From positions 1,550,001-1,614,000 of the forward strand of contig NW_026781907.1 of assembly GCF_031769215.1 (NCBI RefSeq): a stretch of DNA of 64,000 bases. Reading direction: 5' to 3'. The DNA is from Ylistrum balloti (taxonomy: Eukaryota). Positions 52,950-64,000 of the stretch are shown here, piece by piece. The notes under the pieces are model-generated. The model was not told where the DNA came from, did no database searches, and saw only the letters and a program-made list of their open reading frames with translations. The position numbers and the translations under genes were made by a program. How positions within the stretch are numbered: position 1 is the first letter of the stretch; the number at the start of each line of letters is the position of its first letter.

Positions 52950-53985
52950 CAAGGCCCTGTAACAGACTTGTGCCTAATGACAGATCTCGGTCGCATGACA
53001 GACCTGAACGACCTAAGCCTTATGAACTCAACCTAATAGCGGCCTTAAGACAGACTTGGGCCTAATGACAAATAAAGACAGAAATAAATCTTATAAAGGC
53101 ACAGTCTCAAAATGGCCTATGGTAGACATTGGTCTGATGACAGACCTAAGCCTTATAACGGCCTATAACAGACCTTGGTCTAACGACAGACCTAAGCCTT
53201 ATAACGGCCTATAACAGACCTTGGTCTAATGACAGACCTAAGCCTTATAACGGCCTATAACAGACCTTGGTCTAACGACAGATCTAAGCCTTATACCGGC
53301 CTATAACAGACCTTGGTCTAACGACAGACCTAAGCCTTATAACGGCCTATAACAGACCTTGGTCTAACGACAGATCTAAGCCTTATACCGGCCTATAACA
53401 GACCTTGGTCTAACGACAGACCTAAGCCTTATAACGGCCTATAACAGACCTTGGTCTAACGACAGACCTAAGCCTTATACCGGCCTATAACAGATCTTGG
53501 TCTAACGACAGACCTAAGCCTTATAACGGCCTATAACAGAACTTGGTCTAACGACAGACCTAAGCCTTATAACGGCCTATAACAGACCTTGGTCTAACGA
53601 CAGACCTAAGCCTTATAACGGCCTATAACAGACCTTGGTCTAACGACAGACCTAAGCCTTATAACGGCCTATAACAGACCTTGGCCTAACGACAGACCTA
53701 AGCCTTATAACGGCCTATAACAGACCTTGGTCTAACGACAGACCTAAGCCTTATAACGGCCTATAACAGACCTTGGCCTAACGACAGACCTAAGCCTTAT
53801 AACGGCCTATAACAGACCTTGGCCTAACGACAGACCTAAGCCTTATACAGGCCTATAACAGATATTGGTCTAACGACAGACCTAAGCCTTATACCGGTCT
53901 ATAACAGACCTTGGTCTAACGACAGACCTAAGCCTTATAACGGCCTATAACAGACCTTGGTCTAACGACAGACCTAAGCCTCATG
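52950..53985. repeat. 46-bp minisatellite (ataacagaccttggtctaacgacagacctaagccttataacggcct), ~18 clean copies plus a degenerate left flank
   Basis: Period of 46 from 53130; ~15-bp acagacc sub-repeats. Confidence 0.95.
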
Positions 53986-55179
53986 ACAAACCATTAACAG
54001 TAACAATGATGTACACGGGTGGTTAAAGTATTTTAAGCTTAATATTCACTAGATATTTCCATATTGTTCATGCATATTTGTTAGTACTAGTAGACATAGG
54101 AGAGAGGGAAGGAGGTGGGGAAAAGATTTTCTTACTGGTCTGCTTATGAGTATGTGGATTATGTTGTACATTCTTTGATGAACTAATTACCTGTATCACA
54201 CAGTACTTCATTTACAAATAGGGCGGTGTTACTGACACACATATTTGTAAGTTTTGCATTGATACTAATACCTGTCTTTTATAACATACATGTTCATTAC
54301 ATAAAATCGTTGAATACATTTAAGTATAGGGTAATAAACGTTACCTATTTAGTAACAAGCATTTGTATGGTAAATAACACACCTGTTTGTTACTTACAAA
54401 GGTAATTGGTAATTATATATCTTGCTCACGCACTCTTCTACCTTAATTCTAATACAATTTATAAGAAAACATTTAATTCAATGTAATTGGAATGATCGTT
54501 AGCATATGTCATAATATATTTTAATAAACATAGCTACTTAATTAAATATTTTAAAAACATACAGCAGCTCGTCCAGATTTAAGACAAAAAAGATATTTGT
54601 CAAAACATGTTACATAAAGGAAGTACATATTGTGTTTGGACATGACATTTGTTTTGGGTGACAGATTCAGTTTGCCTGATATCTACAAGTACTACCAACA
54701 TATCTTGCCAATGTTATATTATGTGTATACATACTTATAGTTTATAACTATATTTTAATCATTCACAGCTTGTTCAGTCAATGGATTAGGGGTTATCACT
54801 GTGTCAAATGTTTCTGCAGTTCTCTATTTTCATTATAGATCATTCATTTTTTTCATCTAATTGTTTCCACTCACCTGTTACAGTCTTTGCAAACACACTC
54901 GAGTTGTAATACCATACTGATTCGGTCATCGTTCAGTCTCTTTATGAGTCCCATGTACAGTCTGGTCACATCCTCTCATCACCAGAAAACATTACTAGGT
55001 TTCCTTTCTCTCATCACCTGTGTGTACTGTTTGTTGTATTTAGCAGGAATCATGGCATCCTTAGCCAGACTATGTGACTCCTTTGTTACCTTCCTTAATC
55101 TTTTTACTTCTTTCTTCCATTCCATGATTACTTCCCTCATACTTTCCTCTTATGTCCGTGAGATATCTCTTTTCTTTCC

Positions 55180-55590
55180 AGGTTTCATGTCCTCACGATA
55201 TCCGTTTTCTTTCCTCTTGTCTTCATGTCCTCACGATATCTGTTTTCTTTCCTCTTGTTTTCATGTCCTCACGATATCCGTTTTCTTTCCTCTTGTTTTA
55301 TGTCCTCACGATATCTGTTTTCTTTCCTCTTGTTTTCATGTCCTCACGATATCTGTTTTCTTTCCTACTGTTTTCATGTCCTCGCGATATCTGTTTTCTT
55401 TCCTCTTGTTTTCATGTCCTCACGATATCCGTTTTCTTTCCTCTTGTTTTCATGTCCTCATGATATCTGTTTTCTTTCCTCTTGTTTTCATGTCCTCACG
55501 ATATCTGTTTTCTTTCCAGTTTTCATGTCCTCACGATATCTGTTTTCTTTCCAGTTTTCATGTCCTCACGATATCTCTTTTCTTTCCTCC
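55180..55590. repeat. 38-bp minisatellite (catgtcctcacgatatctgttttctttcctcttgtttt)
   Basis: About 11 copies; explains the plus-strand ORFs at 54887-55666. Confidence 0.92.
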
Positions 55591-56974
55591 TGTTTGGATG
55601 TCCTCTATGTTTCAAGTATTGTCTTTCTATCGTTGGTTTGTCCCTAATGATCTTGTGATCTATTGATAAATTTTGTATTGTTTCTAAATGTTTTGGATGA
55701 ACAGTATTTCATTCTGAATGTGTTACCAAATGCTAAAAGATGCATTCAATTGTGTGTCTTTTTGTTTAGCCTTAGAAATTTCAGATGGTAGACGCTGCTG
55801 ATGGACTTTTTAGTACCCGAGGTTAGACTTGGCGTTCTTTTGAAATTATCAACAATTACAAGAGTTATGAATAAAGGGACTAGCGACCTCACCTTTTCGA
55901 TTTTGATATTTCTTTCGATCAGTTTCAATTTTCGCCAATTTTCAAAATTTAGGACGTTAACGTCACTGGCGAGTCCTAGGAGAACGAAATAGTCAGATGT
56001 TACGTATGTTAATTTTGTTTTTGTTTTGTTTTGAATTTGCGCCATTTGTGTTGCCTTTTGTTTTGTGTTAATGTCCCTTATAATGTTTTGTCATGTTCCT
56101 GTGGTATTTTTCCTTTTTTTTCCTTCCGATATCCATCGCAATTTTGTAACAGTCTTTCCCAGTCGATTTTTTTTTCAAAAGTTTACTTAAAAAAAAAAAA
56201 ATCATTCTATTAGAAATTGTTTTGCGCTTTGTTGATGAAGACTTGTAAGCATTTGTCATGNNNNNNNNNNNNNNNNNNNNNNNNNNNNNNNNNNNNNNNN
56301 NNNNNNNNNNNNNNNNNNNNNNNNNNNNNNNNNNNNNNNNNNNNNNNNNNNNNNNNNNNNNNNNNNNNNNNNNNNNNNNNNNNNNNNNNNNNNNNNNNNN
56401 NNNNNNNNNNNNNNNNNNNNNNNNNNNNNNNNNNNNNNNNNNNNNNNNNNNNNNNNNNNNNNNNNNNNNNNNNNNNNNNNNNNNNAAAGTAATCAGAAAC
56501 TGCGTTGCCTTTATTTACTAAATTGAGTGACACGACATCTGTAAATTTCGGCAGACTGTCCAGGTACCCTATGCCGTCTGGTTTAATTCGGTCACTGTCC
56601 CGCTGGCGAAATCATTGTCTAACGCAACTCGCAGAAAAATACAGATCTGGTTGTGAATGTATCAGGAAAGAATGGAAACTAAACACAGCAGGCAATCTCC
56701 TTTGACGGTAGTTCATGCGTAAACTTACTGCGACGAGGTGTAAGAGACACCATTTACGAAAACGTGAAGTGAATACTTAAGTAGGCATACTAATAAATAA
56801 ACTTTATCCCAATTTTTAATTATAAGAGTATACAGCAACTAGCTGAAGAAATAACGTAAATGTTGAAATATAATTTTAAAGTTATATACCTCGACTATTA
56901 ACAGGTGTGGAGCAATTCATACAAAAACAGAGACCACCTATTAAATCTCTAAACGGCCTGTCAACCTTTTGAGA

Positions 56975-57160
56975 TGATTGGTTGAGAAGTAGGAAGTGAA
57001 GGAGATCGTGTCGACTCATACCGGTAAATATTTATGAAATCCAATACCCCAGACGTTTGTAAATTGTTCATAAGTTTGACTGGCGCACCGATTCGCATAA
57101 AACATGACTTCCTGCTTGACAGACACTGTGAATCACGTGATACCAAATTATGATAATCCA
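56975..57160. promoter_or_regulatory. Cluster of promoter-type motifs
   Basis: ATTGG (CCAAT), GGAAGT and ACTTCCTG (ETS), a TCACGTGA E-box at ~57134, and CpG enrichment. Target gene not identified. Confidence 0.3.
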
Positions 57161-57284
57161 CGCCCTAATTTATATCAATACAAAATATATAAATTTAAAA
57201 GTCTTCAAGTTCAATGCCTCAAAAAAGAAGTTTTTAAAGTCCCGTTTCCCACCTGCTGCAGCTAGACAGTTTCTAAATGTGGCA

Positions 57285-57570
57285 ATGGTCCCATCAATAA
57301 GTCGTTTATAGATGAATCCACTCTCCATCAATAAGTCGTTTATAGATGAATCCACTCTCCATTAATAAGTCGTTTATAGATGACTCGACGGTTCATCAAT
57401 AAGCCGTTTATAGATGACTCGACGGTTCATCAATAAGTCGTTTATAGATGACTCGACGGTCCATCAATAAGCCGTTTATAGATGACTCCACTCTCCATCA
57501 ATAAGCCGTTTATAGATGAATCCACGCTCCATCAATAATCCGTTTATAGATGACTCCACGGTTCATCAAT
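57285..57570. repeat. 34-bp minisatellite (ccatcaataagtcgtttatagatgaatccactct), ~8 copies
   Basis: Direct tandem repeat. Confidence 0.92.
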
Positions 57571-57853
57571 ACAATAATACAATGATACAATAATTATGCA
57601 ATAATTGTAAAACATTGATGTTCGTAACCTGTCCAAATTTTATAATATACATCTTAGTAACTTGTCTGGTTTTGTACCAAAACTTCACATTTTGTATCAT
57701 AGTCTTAACATGTCTAGATTTCCCCATTTTGTAATATCTATGTTCATAACTCATACGCTTTTGTACAAGTCCTCATATTTTATAATATCGTTTTTAACAC
57801 TCTTTGTGTAGTGGATGTATTACCATAAAATTATACACATATAACGTGCACAT

Positions 57854-58096
57854 CTGGCCCCACTTGTATAAAACCTCAACTTGAGATTTCCTCAAGTCGA
57901 GATTTTCCTCTGCTGATATCTCCTCAAAAACGGCTTGTATAAAATTTTCTCAAGGAACAGGAGGAAGTCCTCGGCTAGGATGTCCTGAAGTTCCTTGAGG
58001 AATTTTCATACAAGATATTTTGAAGGAGATATTAGCTGAGGAAAATCTCGACTTGAGAAAATCTCAAGTTGAGATGTTTTATACAAGTGGGGCCAG
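57854..58096. mobile_element. Palindromic MITE (~243 bp; ~105-bp inverted arms, ctggccccacttgtataaaac...gttttatacaagtggggccag)
   Basis: Arms are reverse complements over most of their length; AT flanks both ends. Confidence 0.85.
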
Positions 58097-58427
58097 ATCT
58101 GGCTTTATATAAATGTTGACATAAAGAATTTCAAACATCCTGTTTATACATGTAAAACCGTTTTGAATCACGAGTTCAGGTTAGGAGGACCGTCACGTTT
58201 TTATTGTAAGTCATATTCAATATTTGCTCATAGCAAAACATTTACAAAAATAACAAGGTAGCTTTGTAGAACACACGACAAGATGATTGATTTCCACAGG
58301 CTAATAGAATCACTTAGACCGCACCTCCTACTGAACTTCCTCGTCTAGGAATTCCATTGATACTTGTGGAAAGGCTGAAAGATGTCTCCTATGGTGCTTT
58401 TAAATGTCAACATACTGCAGTTTGTTT

Positions 58428-58718
58428 TACGGAATCGGTATACTTTCAAGTGTAAACTTATTGGGGTATAATTTACGGAATCTGTGTACTTTCAGGTGTA
58501 AACTTGTTGCAGTATAATTTACGGAATCTGTGTACTTTCAGGTGTAAACTTGTTGCAGTATAATTTACGGAATCTGTGTACTTTCAGGTGTAAACTTGTT
58601 GCAGTATAATTTACGGAATCTGTGTACTTTCAGGTGTAAACTTGTTGGTATAATTTGTTGTACTTTCAGGTGTAAACTTGTTGCAGTATAATTTACGGAA
58701 TCTGTGTACTTTCAGGTG
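58428..58718. repeat. ~46-bp minisatellite (aatttacggaatctgtgtactttcaggtgtaaacttgttgcagtat)
   Basis: About 6 copies. Confidence 0.9.
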
Positions 58719-60779
58719 TTTCCGATGTAAATATGTCAGTGACCTGAACTGAAAAAGAGGTTACTTTATATTCAGTGTAGATAAAGTAAGAACTTCAACA
58801 AAGTGATTGATGCTGGTGATAGAGACGTCATAATGTTCCATGGGTTCAGTTGCGTGTAATATATGCTTCTAACATCACCTACAGAATTTTAAAGAATTCT
58901 ACAGTTAAATGTCTTTCCTGTAAAAGAGCGGTTCTCTTTCTTGCAACCAGAAACATTACGACATACTTTCTATTCTAACTTCTACAGTAAACATCTTTCC
59001 TTTAAATAAACTGTTCTCTCTCTTGCGACCGACCAGAACCATCACAACATGATATCTTTAATACACAAAGTTTAGTAATATTTTAATCGTATCTGTATCA
59101 ACGTAATCTGGCACCAAACCATTCTTTAGTAAATACCGAACTCCAAAAATTAAAAACAAATGTATGTGATCTCCGCATTAAGTGTCATATGTCGTTAAAT
59201 AGAATTAACATGATATTCCATTTTCTACATATTCATACCACTAAGGAAAACCTCCCACCGTTTAAGCTATTATGCGTAAATAAAAATGAAGATTTTGAAA
59301 AGTATGCAACACATGATACTGAACTCAAATAATTCCTTATACTTCAAACAAAATACTATTTGTATAAAGATATATATCCGGTCATATTGTTACTGATAGT
59401 TTTACCTGAAACGTGTTAATTATTCAGATGTTTACAAGAGACCACATGGTTTATGAAAAAAGACAAAAAGGATTATTTTAAAAACGACTTCTGTATACGA
59501 AAATTTAACAATGACGAGGTCGCTTGTGTCTGGAAAAAACATTACTTTGACTTGTTATATTTATTCATTCGAGGAAATTTCGTCATCAGCACTGGAATCT
59601 TATTGTGTGGGGATATATATATGGCAGATTGTGTTGTGTATCTGACTAGTCTTTTGAGAACTACTCTGACGACAGGTAGCGGGTAATTCAGGTATGTTAA
59701 TGTGTGTGTCACCCGTTACTATAGATGACAGAAGCTTAGCTCTGTATAGAGCGAGATCGAGATGTAAGGTAAAATGGCAACACTCTTATCGTTTCTAAAA
59801 TTTCCTGCCAAGCAGTTTGTACACTACGTTAATGATAATCCAATCTTTAGGTGGAAGTGAATGCGCTGATGCTTTGTTATAAAAATAGAATAAGATTTTA
59901 TCAGAACCTAGTAGATATTTTTTTCTGTTCTTCCAAAGAACTCCATAAAGGCAAGACTTATTTCAATGCTCATCTTGTTCACGAGATTTGCTGCAAAATA
60001 ATCAAGGGTAGCAACAGCACACAATTATTATCATTTATAGATCAGTGTAAACACCGAGAAAGTTGGAAAGCTAGACAAAAGGATACGTCGTGCTAATAGA
60101 GAACAGGACAGTGTAGGAAATAAGCATTGATGGTCCTTGAAATTTATTGATCAGCCTAGAAACCAATGATGTTGGGTCAGTTGTAGTTTTAATCATTAAA
60201 TGTTAATATTCTGAACAGTGAACTTTAACTATTTAACAACAGTAAATAATTAATTTTTTCAAGGCAGGGTTTTTCGTCCCCTTTTCTTTTATAAATGTAT
60301 AATCACGTTTATGTAAATGTTTTTGTAACCTTTAAAATAGATTGTTGTTTGTATATGTACAGTATACAGATGTCGGTTAGTATTGCATTTTTTCATGGTA
60401 AAAATAGTAACCGGAACTGATAGCAAACATTTCACCGCTTCGTTAAGCTTAAGACTCGCAAGGACGACATCGTCTTTGAAGAGATGTAATTGATATACAC
60501 TAAGGTTGTGATCATGTTCTTCTAACAATAGACACAATCTCGGGAGCAGTAACGCTATGCTGTAGTAGTCATACAACGCACTAGTCACACTATAGTGGTA
60601 TAGATACCTCAATGATGTTACATGAAGGAGCATAGATTTGTTATCAGATAACACCACATCGCCGCCCATCTACCAAGAGATACACACACACAATAAATAA
60701 GCATAAATGATCTGCATAGTTCACCATTAAAGACGACACGTTTCAATTTTCCAGATAAATTCGTTAAACTAAGTGCCTT

Positions 60780-63500
60780 AATAGCTAAACTCGTTTAACT
60801 ACGTGCCTGAATGGTCAAACGCCTTTGAATAAGTGACCACATGAGTAAGCTCGCTAAACTCTGTGTCTAAATAACTGAACTCGTTTAACAAGGTGCCAAG
60901 ATGAGCAAACTCATTTAATTAGGTGCCTAGATGACTAAATGCATCTAATTATGTGTGTGGATGACTAAACGCGTTTAACCATGTGCCTAGATGATTGAAC
61001 TATTTTACTATGTGCCTAGATAATTGAACTATTTAACTATGTAGAACTATTTAACTATGTGTCTAGATGATTGAACTATTTAACTATGTGTCTAGATGAT
61101 TGAACTATTTAACTATGTAGAACTATTTAACTATGTGTCTAGATGATTGAACTATTTAACTATGTGCCTAGATGATTGAACTATTTAACTATGTGCCTAG
61201 ATGATTGAACTATTTAACTATGTGCCTAGATGATTGAACTATTTAACTATGTGTCTAGATGATTGAACTATTTAACTATGTGTCTAGATGATTGAACTAT
61301 TTAACTATGTAGAACTATTTAACTATGTGTCTAGATGATTGAACTATTTAACTATGTACCCAGATGATTGAACTATTTATCTATGTACCTAGATGATTGA
61401 ACTATTTAACTATGTGTCTAGATGATTGAACTATTTAACTATGTAGAACTATTTAACTATGTACCTAGATGATTGAACTATTTAACTATGTGTCTAGATG
61501 ATTGAACTATTTAACTATGTACCTAGATGATTGAACTATTTAACTATATGTCTAGATGATTGAACTATTTAACTATGTAGAACTATTTAACTATGTGCCT
61601 AGATGATTGAACTATTTAACTATGTGCCTAGATGATTGAACTATTTAACTATGTGCCTAGATGATTGAACTATTTAACTATGTAGAACTATTTAACTATG
61701 TGCCTAGATGATTGAACTATTTAACTGTGTGCCTAGATGATTGAACTATTTAACTATGTGCCTAGATGATTGAACTATTTAACTATGTGCCTAGATGATT
61801 GAACTATTTAACTATGTGCCTAGATGATTGAACTATTTAACTATGTGCCTAGATGATTGAACTATTTAACTATGTAGTCTAGACTATTTAACTATGTGTC
61901 TAGATGATTGAACTATTTAACTATGTGCCTAGATGATTGAACTATTTAACTATGTGCCTAGATGATTGAACTATTTAACTATGTGTCTAGATGATTGAAC
62001 TATTTAACTATGTGCCTAGATGATTGAACTATTTAACTATGTGTCTAGATGATTGAACTATTTTACTATGTGCCTAGATGATTGAACTATTTAACTATGT
62101 GCCTAGATGATTGAACTATTTAACTATGTGCCTATGTGCCTAGATGATTGAACTATTTAACTATGTGCCTAGATGATTGAACTATTTAACTATGTGCCTA
62201 GATGATTGAACTATTTAACTATGTGCCTAGATGAGATGTGATTGAACTATTTAACTATGTGCCTAGATGATGATTGAACTATTTAACTATGTGCCTAGAT
62301 GATTGAACTATTTAACTATGTGCCTAGATGATTGAACTATTTAACTATGTGCCTAGATGATTGAACTATTTAACTATGTGTCTAGATGATTGAACTATTT
62401 AACTATGTGCCTAGATGATTGAACTATTTAACTATGTGCCTAGATGATTGAACTATTTAACTATGTGTGCCTAGATGATTGAACTATTTAACTATGTGCC
62501 TAGATGATTGAACTATTTTACAATGTGCCTAGATGATTGAACTATTTAACTGTGTGCCTAGATGATTGAACTATTTAACTATGTGATTGAACTATTTAAC
62601 TATGATGATTGAACTATTTAACTACTAGATGTGAACTATTTAACTAGATGATTGAACTATTTAACTATGTGCATAGATGATTGAACTATTTAACTATGTA
62701 CCTAGATGATTGAACTATTTAACTATGTACCTAGATGATTGAACTATTTAACTGTGTGCCTAGATGATTGAACTATTTTACGATGTGCCTAGATGATTGA
62801 ACTATTTAACTATGTGCCTAGATGATTGAACTATTTAACTATGTACCAAGATGATTGAACTACTTAACTATGTGCCTAGATGATTGAACTATTTAACTGT
62901 GTGCCTAGATGATTGAACTATTTTACGATGTGTCTAGATGATTGAACTATTTAACTATGTGTCTAGATGATTGAACTATTTAACTGTGTGCCTAGATGAT
63001 TGAACTATTTAACTATGTACCTAGATGATTGAACTATTTAACTATGTGTCTAGATGATTGAACTATTTAACTATGTGCCTAGATGATTGAACTATTTTAC
63101 GATGTGTCTAGATGATTGAACTATTTAACTGTGTGCCTAGATGATTGAACTATTTTACTATGTGCCTAGATGATTGAACTATTTAACTATGTGCCTAGAT
63201 GATTGAACTATTTAACTATGTGCCTAGATGATTGAACTATTTAACTATGTGCCTAGATGAGTAAACTCACCATGCCATGGTACTACATGGTATTTCTAGT
63301 CGTGCTACGTGTTTAGATGATATCGGTCTTCATTCTATGTGTCTACATTATGTCACCTGTCATAGTTTGTGTCTAGATAGTATTACTCGTCAATTTATGT
63401 GTCTACATGATGTCACCTGTCATATTTTGTATCTAGATATTTTCAGTTATACCATGTGTCTAGACGGTATAACTAGATATACTATGTGTCTACATAAGTC
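60780..63500. repeat. 29-bp minisatellite (tgtgcctagatgattgaactatttaacta), ~80 copies with degenerate flanks
   Basis: Homogeneous core at ~61000-63260, diverged copies on both sides. Confidence 0.97.
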
Positions 63501-64000
63501 GTCATACCGTAGAAGTGACATTCAGAATCGATCAAGCACACTTATTAGAAGCTTAATTGTAAACTAAAATTAATATTTTGAACTGAGTTTACTGTTGTCA
63601 GTATGTAGAGCTTCGCGCGAATAAATCAAATATGCCCAGTGGGTTAATCAACTCCCACATATTTTGCAGTCATATTTGGATTGTTTCTCGTGTATCCAAC
63701 GTACGTATGTACTTGTGTTTAGTCGACGATTCCTTCTCTGCCAGTTTAGATAAAATGGAACTCCAATTTCTTGTATTTCTTCAAAAGAAAAATCCATTAC
63801 TGAAAGTGCGATGTAGTATTAAATGTTATACGGCTTTTCACAAACAATGTAATGATATAGAACAAGTATGCGATCTTAAACTATCCTCTAAACTACAGGG
63901 AGATATGACGACGAAATCGCAAGTGGTTGCTTTCATCAAAATAAGTAACTACCACACAGTCAGAAATAACTCTGGTTAATTTATACTACACGCACCGAGA

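Noticed and set aside
54887-55666. 259-aa hydrophobic plus-strand ORF
   Set aside because: Results from the T/C-rich 38-bp repeat and the antisense of a purine-rich stretch.
45448-56533. ORFs spanning N runs (also 6955-7312)
   Set aside because: Open only because of assembly gaps.
60289-60669. 126-aa minus-strand ORF MGGDVVLSDNK...
   Set aside because: No recognisable homology and no upstream exon found; an alternative short terminal-exon reading (WAAMWCYLITNLCSFM*) is equally unsupported.
31843-63260. CRISPR-like appearance of the 28-46-bp arrays
   Set aside because: Units are directly adjacent with no unique spacers, there are no cas genes, and the context is eukaryotic.
63671-63701. Plus-strand micro-exon candidate (IFGLFLVYPT) with a gtacgt donor
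   Set aside because: Isolated at the window edge with no linked exons; such matches are expected by chance.

Overview
AT-rich eukaryotic (intron-containing) genomic DNA. The repeat families, a V-domain tRNA-SINE and the dense intronic minisatellites suggest a bivalve mollusc, possibly a scallop; this is an inference. Two complete spliced genes sit head-to-head around a shared promoter at ~14.5-14.8 kb. (1) A minus-strand 12-exon gene (112..14077, ~529 aa) encoding EF-hand-like motifs, a long E/R/K-rich helix and a C-terminal region resembling the dynein heavy-chain microtubule-binding domain. (2) FAM91A1 on the plus strand (14836..34940, 21 coding exons, ~860 aa). Roughly 30% of the window is unrelated minisatellite arrays, which explain most long ORFs in the supplied track. 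The most unusual structure is that three arrays are tandem copies of an exon's 3' end plus its splice donor, giving runs of 9-36 competing 5' splice sites; in one array the first six extra donors are in frame. The distal half holds two decayed Penelope-like retroelements (one followed by three hammerhead-like motifs), a palindromic MITE, Helentron/HINE-like pieces and weak traces of further spliced genes. All exon models were read by eye from splice signals and phase, without expression data or database searches.
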